Source of the DNA: Piedraia hortae CBS 480.64
Lineage: Eukaryota
Reading direction: 5' to 3'
Length of the DNA: 64,000 bases
NCBI GenBank assembly: GCA_010093745.1
Contig: MU005966.1
Coordinates: 193,628 to 257,627, forward strand
Position 1 is the stretch's first letter. Each line of letters opens with the position of its first letter. Positions 23,713 to 34,899 of the stretch are shown here, one piece after another. The notes below the pieces were generated by a model that was given only the letters and a program-made list of their open reading frames with translations, searched no databases and was not told the DNA's origin. A program made the translations under genes and the position numbers.

Positions 23713-24060
23713 AGTATGTACATATGCAGACAGGATAGAGTTGAATGACCGACATCCATTTCTAATGGTCAGTCTGAGCTATTAGAGTTGGAATTGCAAT
23801 CAAAGTTGAGATTAGTATGTGTACCTACGTGAATGGCATAAAGCAAATGCTTAGGCAGCGGTTCCGAATGGTCGGTTTGAGCAATCACGGCTGAAGTGAC
23901 AATCAAAATTGGTGTACACGCAGACATAATAAAGTGAAACACTTAGGCAATGGTTCCTAATGGTCGATTTGGGCGATAAACGTTGAATTTGAAGAACTAT
24001 GTGTACCTCGCAAGATTGAATAGAGTGGAATGATCAAGCAACGGTTCCCAATGGTCGACG
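23713..24060 (+). repeat. Degenerate tandem repeat, 4 copies of ~90-100 bp
   Basis: AATGGTC anchors at 23764, 23867, 23959 and 24050 (spacing 103, 92, 91), with shared GTGTAC and (CTTAG)GCAxxGGTTCCxAATGGTCG segments. Confidence 0.7.
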
Positions 24061-25351
24061 GTCGAAATTTAACTCTGAAAAAAGCAAACATTGCATCTAA
24101 TCATGCTATCAGCTACGTCATCAGCTATGACATGACTATCGTCGATGCTAACGATCACGTTCAAAATGAGACTTGAAAACGTTCTTTTTCTACCTCATCT
24201 CATGCACGAAGCTGCAGCTGGTGTTTGGGCACTGCAAAATGCAAGCCTATGTCGCTAGCGCTAAGCCGCTGGTCGATGCATACATGTTCATTGACCATCG
24301 GGTGTAATTGTGGACATGCTATTGTAGATCTCAAAAGTGGCAGTGTGAACAGATGGATAATAGCTGGCGGTGCATCCCAGTGCGAATCAAACTTTGAATC
24401 TTTTGGACCCGAAACGGGGCCAATTCCAGATGAATATCCTCTGATTCCCATTCGGATATATGCAAGCAAAAGCCCCACGCGCTCCCACTGGAATTAAAAA
24501 GAAGACGTTGACACTGCCAATCAGGGATCAGGGATTGGGATTTGCTCCAACCACGAGGCCGAAAAGCCGCCGATGGGAGTTCGTGGCGCTTGAGCGGATA
24601 CGAATGGCGTCGAGCGCAAACAGGGCAAACCATACGTACGGAGGAAAGTGCCGAACGGCGAAAGCAGCAGACCAATGAAACTGCCTCTGCGCTCTCAAAA
24701 TCGGGCTGGAGATCTACGTGAGACCAAGATCTGGGTGTGCATGATCTACCTCGACGCAGGATACTACGCACGCTCTCAGCCATCCATCTGGCGCTGGTCA
24801 AACACCAGAGATGTCACGCAACAAGACATAGAGGTGCACGAGGTTACGTAAGCAAGAGCTGGGGGTCTTAATAGGGCCAATAAGAATATCATTGTGTGCT
24901 ATAAGCTTGGATCCTGGTGGAGATCCCGCGTGGTAATCCATCCACGTGTATATGCTGTGTAACCAGAAACGGATTCGTGTCACCAAGATATCATAGACCA
25001 TCTGGCTGAGTGTTTGTGCTGAAAGAACAAATATTCCCACCCCCACGGATTTAATAACGCAGCAAAAATGTGGAAGTTTTTTGTGAACAGCAGAGCTGCA
25101 GTTGAAACGGCAGATGAAACAGGTTCGGGGAAGGCGGCTTTGGCAGGGGGGGAGACAGCAGAACCTGCCAGCACCCGGAGAGTCAACAGTGGGCCCAGAC
25201 CCCGGCATGACTCTAGTGTTTAACCTCGGAAAAGGGAAAATGTCCGCCGTCATCCAGCTCTCCCCTCGGCCTTGAAACTGCCAAATTTACCAAATCCCAC
25301 CTCTTCTTTTTCCCCACTCCCCATTTCCTTCCTGGCAATGGGCAGGAGACA

Positions 25352-28228
25352 ATGAGCATCTTTGCCGACGCTCCTCGTGCCTCCCGCCGTGAGAAGACGC
25401 TGTTGAAGACCGACTGTGCCGTTTGCGACGAACCGCTGCAGTATACGCTAAAGGGGGAGAAGATCCTCCAGCTCGCATGCGGTCATGTATCCCACGAAGC
25501 CTGCTGCTATGAATATCTGAGGGAGTTCCAGCTGCCAAACTGTCCAGCCTGCGATGAGCCGCTGAGCTTGGATGCGCGCCGCGGTGGCGATGTCGACGCT
25601 TTCAATCGCATGTTGCGATCCTTCCAGCCGCCGTCTCCAACCGCTACCTGGGAAGCTGGATCCACGCGCCGCGATGTGGTGTCGCGCCAGTCCTCTGTAG
25701 GCCAGCAACCTCGGGATCTGCCTTCTATAGCCGAGCGCGCCCTAAGCGTCGACACGGGCCTCATATCGACAATTGACGAGTCCGAAGCGAATTACACCCA
25801 TGGTAGGCGACACGATTATGACGTGCAGTCCATGGAAACCGATCTCGGAGCAAACAGCACTCACTGCGGCTCAATTACGTCCAGAAATCCTATCCCACCC
25901 CCGACCTTGACTCTGCGAAGCGAGTTCCCCACCCTATCCCGCTCGCGACAACCGCAAAGCCTGACGTGTCTAGTTACAGTCGAAGTAGTCGAGGGACAAT
26001 GGAGGCCAGATCCAGAAGACTTTGGCATCAGAGTTCCGCCGGTGCCTGCCACTCCGACCGTTGCCAGCACAGCAAGGTCAGCTTCGGTGTCCTCGGACCC
26101 ATATGCCATGCAGGCCGTAAAAGACAACCTTTACCGCAGAGTAGATAATTGGCACGGGCTGAACTTTTCTCGGTTCGGGGGTTTGCTGTTGCATGCAAAT
26201 GTGCGAGTTGGAAAAGACCGGGTAGCGTGGCAGGATCTGGAATGCTATCTATTCACCGACATGCTCATCTGTGTCAAGGAAAAGAAGGTGACCAAGGGTC
26301 GGTGTACTCTGAAAGGGTCGATTTTGATCAAAAAGCACCTTCGGAGCGTCGAGGCCAACCCGGATAACATCCTAACATTACATCTGTCCGTTGCTGAGCT
26401 TCCGGCGTTTCATCTTCAATTCCGGGATCGTCGACAGCTCGAGGTTTGGCAGAGACATCTGTTGGACGTTGGACGACGTCTTCCGCCGCCCGTCGAAGAC
26501 CGCGAGACGTCCAGTACCGAAGACGATGAGAATCAACCACCGCGGCCTCCATCAGTCATGTCATCAAACTATGGCGGTCGTTCTCAGGTTACTGCTCCGA
26601 CAGAATACTCTGTGCGTGCGCAGCAGATGCACGACCCACCGAGCCCTTCATATTCACTTCATGTTCCGCTTGATATCGTTGTTGTCATCCCGCTATCATC
26701 TTCCATCCACGGTCTTAAGATTACTCTGCTCCGCGACGCCCTTCGATTTATCATTACGAACCTCAGCGATCGTGACCGAATGGGATTGGTTACTTTTGGA
26801 TGTGGCAACGGTGGAGTTCCTCTAGTTGGCATGACGAGCAAGAATTGGTTAGGCTGGGCAAACGTGTTGGATTCTTTACGGCCATTGGGTTCCAAGAACA
26901 AACGAGCAGATGCCGTGGAGGGGGCTAATGTGGCCATGGATCTTTTGATGCAGCGACGCTCTTCCAATCCTCTTTCCAGCATTTTATTAATCTGCGACTC
27001 TCCATCATTGGATCAGGAAAGCATCGATTTTGTCGTTTCACGAGCCGAGGCGGCCAAGATTCCGATATATTCGTTTGGTCTCGGGCTCAGCCATAAGCCC
27101 GATGCTCTGGTTGAGCTCTCTGGCCGTACAAAGGGCGCGTACATTTATGTCAAAGACTGGATGATGTTACGGGAGTGTGTGGCCGGCTGTCTTGGCGCGC
27201 TGCAGAGTACGTCGCACGGTAACGTTGAGCTACGTCTGCAGCTTCCGGATGGGTCGCCAGCCAAATTTGTCAAAATCAGCGGTGCTTTGCACGTCACCAA
27301 ACGCGCAGGTGGGCGAGATGCTCAGGCGATCCTGGGAGATTTACGTTTCGGAGACAAGAGGGACATTTTAGTACAACTAGCCATCGAACAAGATGCCCCC
27401 ATCGACGCCACTGCAAGCGAATGGGAAAACGTCATCGCCGGACTAGAAGCCCTCGGCGGACCATTTGATTCTGAAGGTTCAATAAGAGCATCAGTGGAAG
27501 AAGTGCCCCTCATAACCGCCGACCTCACCTGGGCCGGAATCCTAAAAGACAACACACGCACCCAACTCTCACGACCCTCCCTCCTCACCATCCCTATGCT
27601 CCCACCCGCCCCCTCCCCACCCTCATCCCTCGGCCCCCCAGGAGCCTCCATCCCCGCCCCGATCCCACCTCACCCCTCCATCGTCCAACGCAGAATGGAG
27701 CTCCTAACCTCAGACATGCTCTCGCGCGCGCTGATGCTCGTATCAAAAGGCCACCACGAGCGCGCCGCGCACCTCCTCTCCGAAACCCGACCCATCCTCA
27801 AAGGTCTCGGCAAAGGAGGTTTACCGCCCCTCCCACCTCCAACTCCTCGCACAGGCACCTCAGCAACAATGTATCCCCCCGAACCCTGGCAACGCGCCCT
27901 TTCTCGCGCAGAGAGCATCGCACCAAGCACAACAAGCACAACCCGAACCTTCCTCCCCGCTGCGGGGATCGATCCCGCAACCATGGCCGCTCTCGATGCG
28001 GAGTTGGTTTCTAGTCTGGAGTGGATGCCCCATCCTGCGATATTTTTGAGGGATTCACGCAAAGCGGTTCTGCAGGCGATTGGGGTTATTAGTTCCCAGA
28101 GAGGGTATAGTTTCCGCTCGCCCGCGGAGACGCTTTGGGCGGAGAGGATTACGGGGGTAAGGAGGTTGGTGGAGAGGAGTAGGGAGTGGAGGGATGTTAC
28201 GGAGGGGGCACTTGTGGAGGAGATTTGA
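25352..28228 (+). CDS. RING-H2 / PH-like / von Willebrand A domain protein (Far1/Ste5-type architecture)
   Basis: CAVCDEPL...CGHVSHEAC...CPAC RING; central PH-like region (ECYLFTDMLICVKEK); vWA domain (PLDIVVVIPLSSS...DRMGLVTFG). Single 958-aa ORF. Confidence 0.85.
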   Translation: MSIFADAPRASRREKTLLKTDCAVCDEPLQYTLKGEKILQLACGHVSHEACCYEYLREFQLPNCPACDEPLSLDARRGGDVDAFNRMLRSFQPPSPTATWEAGSTRRDVVSRQSSVGQQPRDLPSIAERALSVDTGLISTIDESEANYTHGRRHDYDVQSMETDLGANSTHCGSITSRNPIPPPTLTLRSEFPTLSRSRQPQSLTCLVTVEVVEGQWRPDPEDFGIRVPPVPATPTVASTARSASVSSDPYAMQAVKDNLYRRVDNWHGLNFSRFGGLLLHANVRVGKDRVAWQDLECYLFTDMLICVKEKKVTKGRCTLKGSILIKKHLRSVEANPDNILTLHLSVAELPAFHLQFRDRRQLEVWQRHLLDVGRRLPPPVEDRETSSTEDDENQPPRPPSVMSSNYGGRSQVTAPTEYSVRAQQMHDPPSPSYSLHVPLDIVVVIPLSSSIHGLKITLLRDALRFIITNLSDRDRMGLVTFGCGNGGVPLVGMTSKNWLGWANVLDSLRPLGSKNKRADAVEGANVAMDLLMQRRSSNPLSSILLICDSPSLDQESIDFVVSRAEAAKIPIYSFGLGLSHKPDALVELSGRTKGAYIYVKDWMMLRECVAGCLGALQSTSHGNVELRLQLPDGSPAKFVKISGALHVTKRAGGRDAQAILGDLRFGDKRDILVQLAIEQDAPIDATASEWENVIAGLEALGGPFDSEGSIRASVEEVPLITADLTWAGILKDNTRTQLSRPSLLTIPMLPPAPSPPSSLGPPGASIPAPIPPHPSIVQRRMELLTSDMLSRALMLVSKGHHERAAHLLSETRPILKGLGKGGLPPLPPPTPRTGTSATMYPPEPWQRALSRAESIAPSTTSTTRTFLPAAGIDPATMAALDAELVSSLEWMPHPAIFLRDSRKAVLQAIGVISSQRGYSFRSPAETLWAERITGVRRLVERSREWRDVTEGALVEEI

Positions 28229-30305
28229 TGTCATGACACATTTGTTGATACCCATTTAATGATAGTTATGTGATTTTTCTTGAGCTTTTCCCTTTTATAT
28301 CGGACGTGGGGGTGGACTGTGGCGATAAGGCTCTCGCTGATGGGAGTGCGCAGCGGCCCGAACTAAGAGGACGAAGCGATAGACGGAAATTGACAGCAGG
28401 GACAGGACAGATGCAGATGGATATGAGTCAATACTAGTGTCAATATGACAGTGTGAATGATTATCTATCTCAATGAGGGGACGATCAGGATAAAACTTCT
28501 GTACCGGTGGGCCGGTGACGTCACGTCGTACACTAGCATGGACGCACTCGCCATGTCACATATGACATGACCCTGAGGGAAAACCTCTGTGGTGAAGAAA
28601 CCCTACGGTGCAGCTGGTAGTGTGGGAGATATCGCTGACTTGCTATGCAAGTGCCAGCATACGCGCTAGCGGCGCTGCTTGAATCCAACATGGACAAGGC
28701 GGAAATCTTGGGCATTGGTGTCTGATATTGGCTATATAGCGTTGTACCTGGAGAGGTTTCAGTGTGAGTGGCCACAGAGGCCATTTTGTAGCTTACGATA
28801 TCCAATTATTTGGTTCAAACATTTCTGCAACAAGCCATTGCTCCTGGCAGTACCAGCCTTCTTGCTCTTATTTTTTTTTCTTTTTTTTTTTGGATACAAA
28901 CCGCTCTCAATGAGGGTTAGCTACGTAATCAGCAGTGTTCTCGGAACAAAGTCTCTGGTAGTTGCACAAGACCTTGAATGATCTACATACATACAGACGC
29001 CGACCTATATTCTCTGCAACGGAGGCCGTCCATTGGCGTTGTTCACGACGAAGTATTGATTGGATAGAGAGCGTCCATGTACGATCTGTCCATCACGTTG
29101 GCTACGATTCAAACATTCAAATCTTGTCAAGTACAAGACATGCCTATGTATGTGAATCTATAGACATATGATCTTCTCCAGTACCCGGCAATCTAGGCAG
29201 GGTAAACTGATGAAAAGTGGAGAAGGGGTTCGCGTCAGCTGGAGATAGTGCGATACCAGCGACACTGTGCCCCCGGACATGAGCAGGCTCAGCGGTCGCG
29301 GGAACGGGTTCCAAAAATGAGTATAATCAGAGAAGCCTCCGTAGAGGCGTTTCAGAGATTAAACTGAAAAGAACAGATACTACACTTGATCTAAGCCAAA
29401 AGGCAAAGAGAGCTGAAGAAAGAAGAAAGGATTTGGGTCTGAGAAAATTGATATAGAGGGCTTTGGCGCTAGCGAGTCATGTTCGTTCTAGTTGATTCCA
29501 CGGGGCTTGTTATTGACTATCAGAGAACGAGCTAGACTCTATCAGGCTAAATGCCCCACTTAACGTCAGGCTAATGACTCATGCCTACAGAGCGCCAACC
29601 TTTGGTAGAGTACGGAGCTTCCACGTCTATCTCAATATGAACCCATTTGACGGGCTATAGATGAGAATGCGAAAAGGCACAACTGGTAAAGGGTTTGCCT
29701 AGAAAATACTGACGGGGAATATGAGACTTCCCCAGGCAGATACGGCAGCTATATTGGAGTATGTCATATCAGGCCTATGCAAGTAGATCAAGATGTTGGA
29801 TCGAACACATGTTTTGCGATCTCTGGCTTGACGGGCCAATTCAGCTGCCGGCAGCAGTGCCCATTCGGTCGACAAAGGCGGTTGAGATTATCATCCAAAA
29901 GGGTCTTAAACACGTTTCAGGCGAACGATGTACGTGGCCTAACGATCACACTCCTGGCCAAGTAACTTCAGAACTGGAATGGTGTTATCTGCGTATAGAG
30001 AAAAAGACTATACAGTCATAAGGACCTGTTCATCGTGTTCCCGCATATCAATTCTACCACTGTCGTGTACAAGGGTCGCGCATATTCTACCGGTCTGGTG
30101 CTCATTAGATTTTCAGACGGTGTCGAGGGGACGCGCTGTCATACTCTAGAGCGGAATAACGGAAGCGAAGGCTAGTGTCGAATCATCTTCTCACCTCTCG
30201 CTTTGCAACAACAAAGAATAAGTCAAGGATGGGGGTGGCACAAACCTTTCCATCTACACCAAAGCTCAAACTCCATAACTCCATAATTCTACGAGTGCTT
30301 TTTCC

Positions 30306-31598
30306 TTAAACCATTTTCCACCTCCCCATATTTTTTAACACTCCCCTCCCCTCACCAATCTTCCACCCCCTCAGCAACACCATACTACCCGCCGCAAGGA
30401 GATACATCCCCCCGGTCCAAACCTGCGCAGGGAGATACGAGTGCGTTCTCCGCACCATCTCCAACGCAATCGGCTCGGACGCCATACTCGGCAGTACAAT
30501 CGCGATCCACTCCATATTCAACGCGGACGCAACATGCTTCAGCCCCACAACCTCAACCGTCACGGGAGAGATAGTCGTCCAGAATGTACCCGCCACCGCA
30601 CCCTCCAGAATTGCGAACGCGATAATCCCCGCGTAAGTTTTTGCGAAGATCCATATGAAGAGAGCGAAGAGCGCTGCGAGGGTGGACATTGCGGCTGCCA
30701 TGTTGATTCGTCCGACGGAGTCGGAGAAGTAGCCTATTGGAGGCCGGCCGAGGGCCTGGCCTAGATTGAAGAGTGCGGAGACGAGTGCGGCTTGGGAGGG
30801 GGTGAGGCCGACTGTCATTGAGTAGTTTGCGAGAGAGTAGATTAGTACGACGTAGGCGAGGAGGCTGGCCCAGCCGTAGAGGATTAGGAGCCAGACTTCT
30901 TGTTTGAGGAGGAGGGAGGTGTCGAAGATGTTGTGTATGGTCCCGGTTTGGGCGTGGCGGTCACGCATTAGGAGGGAGGAGATGAGGTTCGCGGTTCCGG
31001 CTACAATGCCGAGGATGCGGTATGCCCACCTTAGACCGACGGTGTCGATGAGTTTTTGGGAGGCGAGGGAGTAGATCAACCCTCCTAGTCCGGAGCCGCA
31101 GGCTGAGATCCCGCTCGCGAGGCTCCGGCGAGTGGAGAACCATTGTGGCAGGATGGTCACGCTGGCCACGAAGATGAGTCCCGCTCCGATGCCGAAGGCG
31201 ACGCCTTGCGCGAGGTAAAGATGCCAGATTCTTCGCGAGAAACTGGCGCTTATCAGCGCTGCTGATTCGATTAGGGTGCCGAGTAGGGGGGTTTTTCTTG
31301 TGCCTAGGATTCGCACGCTGTAGGTTGCTATGGGGGATACAAGGAGGGTGATGGCCATGGAAAGGGAGCCGACGAGTGCATAGTCGAGACGAGTGGCGGT
31401 GAAGATGTGGTGTGAGAGGAAGTAGGCGAGAAAAACGCCGTAACTGGAGTTTATGCCCCAGGTGTGTGCCATCAAGACGGCGCAACATACAGTGCATACC
31501 CAGCCGTAGCCGCCGTTTGGTATGTCATGGTCGGATGGTTTTGGTGTGATTGGGTCCTCGGTGAACGGTTCTTTGTGGTCTTCTTGGACCGACATCAT
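30306..31598 (-). CDS. MFS transporter, monocarboxylate porter (MCH-like) family
   Basis: PNGGYGWVC...WGINSSYGVF, PQWFSTRRSLASGI, GYFSDSVGRIN; about 12 hydrophobic segments. Confidence 0.9.
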   Translation of the reverse strand: MMSVQEDHKEPFTEDPITPKPSDHDIPNGGYGWVCTVCCAVLMAHTWGINSSYGVFLAYFLSHHIFTATRLDYALVGSLSMAITLLVSPIATYSVRILGTRKTPLLGTLIESAALISASFSRRIWHLYLAQGVAFGIGAGLIFVASVTILPQWFSTRRSLASGISACGSGLGGLIYSLASQKLIDTVGLRWAYRILGIVAGTANLISSLLMRDRHAQTGTIHNIFDTSLLLKQEVWLLILYGWASLLAYVVLIYSLANYSMTVGLTPSQAALVSALFNLGQALGRPPIGYFSDSVGRINMAAAMSTLAALFALFIWIFAKTYAGIIAFAILEGAVAGTFWTTISPVTVEVVGLKHVASALNMEWIAIVLPSMASEPIALEMVRRTHSYLPAQVWTGGMYLLAAGSMVLLRGWKIGEGRGVLKNMGRWKMV

Positions 31599-31719
31599 GC
31601 AATTGCTACATGTGGTACGTTTGCAAGGTGGAGTCAACGCCACCTTAACGGTCACACAGCATTGTGGAACGGTGAGCGATGGGTTGGCGATAATCTACAT
31701 ACCTTACGGTACGTCTCTT

Positions 31720-32464
31720 CTATTTGATAAAGGGCATCCCTGTCCTTGTCTTTGCTTTATAATTGGCATAATCTGTCCCGAAAAAGTACACCAGTGACAC
31801 CTCTTCCCCTAAAGCGTTCAATCAGCCCCCACCTGAGGAATGAAATGAAAGACTTGCCTCTTATCCTCTTGCTGAAGAACCTCCACAATACAACTATGTA
31901 GCCCAGAAGACAGACCTCGTTCCCCACCAGCAACTGCGTTCCTATGGCCCAATAAAAGAAACCAAAATAGGCCGGGTGTCTCAGGAGTCTATACACTCCA
32001 TTCGTAACAAGAACATGGCCCTCCTTACGTTCCTTTGCGGGCATATGGTTGAAATTCGTTCCCGCCTGCGCCATTGCCATTGACCTGACACTTTGGCCTA
32101 CAAGAACGAGTATTCCACCTATCATCCCCGTCGCAGCCGGGTATGGGAGGAGGCGCGGCAAGGAAAAGTTGGAGCGCAACAGGATCTCAAGCATAGCAAG
32201 ACTGTGCGCGGTGTTGTACGCAATTCCATTGCTGAAGAGCAGGAAGCTGGACGCTTTGACGGCTATAGTGTTGTAGCGAGCAGTGTTGAAGAATTCGAGG
32301 AAGTGAAAGACGCAGAGGAGGGAGAGAAAAGTCGGGAGGCGCCAGATTTGAGTGTGAAAAACGACGGTGGTGAGGCTGATGCCGAAACAAAGCCCTAGGC
32401 AGAAGGATTGGACAGCTATGGACGTCAGAGACCGAGTACCGCCTGGGTAAAAGGTTGCGTCCAT
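31720..32464 (-). CDS. STE14: Isoprenylcysteine carboxyl methyltransferase
   Basis: FHFLEF, NFNH, LVTNGVYRLLRHPAYFGFFYW. A GC-AG intron at 31809-31857 restores the C-terminus RIRGEEVSLVYFFGTDYANYKAKTRTGMPFIK. Confidence 0.92.
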
Positions 32465-32630
32465 GGATTGGGGTAGGCAGAAGGGCTAGACCTGTTTGAG
32501 CGGTGCGGGGTTTGACAGTGCGCGGCGCAAAGTGGGGGCGGGGCATGTTGGCAGGGATGCCAACCACGATACTCGGATGACGTAACCGAACCCTTTTAAC
32601 AACCTTTCTCATATCAATGATCCCAGCTAT

Positions 32631-33163
32631 CTACGTCTTACTGTCCCTCTCCAACGCTGCTTTTGCACCACTGGCAACTTCCTCCATCGCCCCTCTCGGC
32701 ACCTCTTTGAGGAACTTTGCAGGGTTTCCTGCCACCACTGTATACGGAGCAACGTCCTTGGTGACCACACTCCCTGCACCAACCGTGCTGCCCCTGCCAA
32801 TTCTCACTCCAGGCAGTATTGTAACATTCCCCCCAATCCAACAATCGCTTTCGATGTGAATCTCCTTCCCGTACTCGGGTCCTGCAGTTCCATTCCTGAC
32901 CTCCGGGTCAAGTGGATGAGTGCCACTGAAAAGCGAGACGTTTGACGCCAAGAGACATCTGTCTCCAATAGACACTTTGCACGTGTCAAGTATCGTGCAA
33001 GAAAAGTTGATAAAAACGCCTTTCCCTAGGGTGACATTCGTGCCATAGTCAATGCGCAAAGGTGGTTCGACCCAGGGTTCGTCACCGTACTCTCCTGTAG
33101 GATCTTCGGGGAGAGGGGTTCCGTCGCCCAGGACTCTCGTATAAAGTCAGTGGCCTACTCGAG

Positions 33164-33202
<39 letters not shown>

Positions 33203-33377
33203 AGGAGGGTGGCTTTTACTGGCGCAAAGCATGGACTTGATCCCGACGAGAAGCACCCGCTGGAAGTGAATTGTAGCGATCACACGCAATTTTAGCCCTC
33301 CGCCGAGCGGCAACCAGCTCGGGTGTAAAGGCATAGTAGAGCTCGCCACGGAGAGCGCGGGACGAGTTTTCAGACAT
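32631..33377 (-). CDS. Maltose/galactoside O-acetyltransferase (left-handed beta-helix)
   Basis: Mac N-terminus (GELYYAFTPELVAAR), WVEPPLRIDYGTNV, hexapeptide repeats, WIGGNVTILPGVRIG...VVAGNPAK. Intron 33136-33219. Confidence 0.9.
33166..33201 (+). repeat. 36-nt poly(G) tract (poly(C) on the sense strand of an intron)
   Basis: Uninterrupted G run at 33166-33201. Confidence 0.95.
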
Positions 33378-33584
33378 TTTGTGTATGCGGAGTAGATGGA
33401 TGTGAATTTTCCGCATCACATCGTTTCGATAGTTCCACCCAAACCCGTTACATCAAAGTTAGCAGCCATCAATCACCCTCCTGTCCAACCCTTCTCAAGA
33501 GATGGACATCACCATCTCTTCCACAACCCCAACCCTAAAACACCACCTCCCTAAGCGACCCCCTCCTAACAACCACCAACCACC

Positions 33585-34583
33585 ATGTCCCTGAAACACG
33601 GCCTGAACCTCAAAAAAGCGTCCTCACTAAACACCCCCGCGCGCCGCGCCCCAACCCTCCTCGCTGACGCGGACTCCGACTCCGACTCCGCTCCCCCGCG
33701 CCCTCTCCCCACCACCGCCACCACCAAACCCCCAACCGCTCACCTGCCCGCAGAACCCGACATCTTCGACTACGACAGCTATCACGACGCAGCGCAAGCC
33801 TACCGCAACAAAATCGCCGCAGCGAAACGCAAAGCAGCCCTCAACCGCGAAGCGCAATACTTCCCCGCCATCCAAGCCGCGGCAGAGCAGAGGAAAAAAG
33901 ACCAGGCGATTGCCCGCGATAGGATTCTTGCGAAAGAGAGGGAGGCTGAGGGGGATGAGTTCAAAGATAAGGAGGTTTTTGTTACGGATGCGTGGAGGAA
34001 GAGGAAGGAGGAGGTTGAGGGTTTGAGGAAGCTGGAGGAGGGAAAAATTGAGGAGAAGGAGGGGGATGTGGTGGGTTTTATGAAGGGGTTGAAGGAGGAT
34101 GAGGATCGGGTGTTTAGGGAGAGGGAGGAGGAGATTCGGAGGATCATGGCTGCGCCGAGGGTGGGGGTTGCTATTGAGGGTGGGGGCGAGGAGAAGGAGG
34201 AGGAACAACCTCCGGTTGGGAAGATCGTGGAGAGGAATGATGAGGGACAGGTTGTGGATAAGAGAGAGCTGCTTGATGCGGGGCTGAATGTTGCGGTTAA
34301 GAAGAATTCGAATGGTGCGGAACATTTGAGAGCGAAGAATGTGGAGAGGAGGGCGGTGAAGGATAAGAATTTACATGTTAGGAGGGAGAAGCAGAGCCAA
34401 ATGATTGAGGAGCAGTTGAGGGAGAAGGAGAAGAGGAAGAGGGAAGAAGAGGAGGAAGAGAGACTCCGTATTGAGAATGCGGCGAAGTCGAGGAAGAAGG
34501 ATACTGAGATTTCAGACGCTAAGAGGAGATATCTCGAGAGAAAGGCGATGAAGGAGAAGGAGAAGGAGCAGACAGCAGCGTAG
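33585..34583 (+). CDS. NSRP1/CCDC55-like (DUF2040) coiled-coil splicing regulator
   Basis: FDYDSYHD...QYFPAI...EREAEGDEFKDKEVFVTDAWRK motif and C-terminal ISDAKRRYLERK. Confidence 0.85.
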   Translation: MSLKHGLNLKKASSLNTPARRAPTLLADADSDSDSAPPRPLPTTATTKPPTAHLPAEPDIFDYDSYHDAAQAYRNKIAAAKRKAALNREAQYFPAIQAAAEQRKKDQAIARDRILAKEREAEGDEFKDKEVFVTDAWRKRKEEVEGLRKLEEGKIEEKEGDVVGFMKGLKEDEDRVFREREEEIRRIMAAPRVGVAIEGGGEEKEEEQPPVGKIVERNDEGQVVDKRELLDAGLNVAVKKNSNGAEHLRAKNVERRAVKDKNLHVRREKQSQMIEEQLREKEKRKREEEEEERLRIENAAKSRKKDTEISDAKRRYLERKAMKEKEKEQTAA

Positions 34584-34899
34584 ACTGTCAGGGAATCCCA
34601 TAGCATTTGTGGTCCGATGGCGTGGTCAGGACGATTCGGCATCAAATGAACAATCCCAATATCCCAGACCATTTTGTTCTCGACAGTGACTGATGCTACG
34701 GCAATAGCCTAACTAACAAAGGCATAGCAGAGATGCACGATGCCTATGAGAGCCATATACGTCTGGGGCCCGGAATGTGTCTCCAGTCAAAACGCACATC
34801 AAACTGGAATTGCTGACCCAGTTCGTTTGGCCGGTGGAAGTGGAATACGATCATCTCGTCGAACATCACGAAATGTCCGAGCATCATCCACCGTCCTTT

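Noticed and set aside
23713..24060. CRISPR-like appearance of conserved cores with variable spacers
   Set aside because: Eukaryotic context, no cas genes, degenerate repeats, and the spacers resemble one another.
24200..25253. Minus-strand ORFs of 151 and 156 aa
   Set aside because: No recognisable domain or coherent splice model.
28516..28569. TGACGTCA site and CATGTCA/TGACATG inverted repeat
   Set aside because: Lies between convergent genes with no supported promoter; short enough to be chance.
28900..30200. Long intergenic gap with short ORFs
   Set aside because: No transposon or protein motif could be reconstructed.
33627..34672. 232- and 290-aa minus-strand ORFs
   Set aside because: Antisense shadows of the purine-rich NSRP1-like gene.
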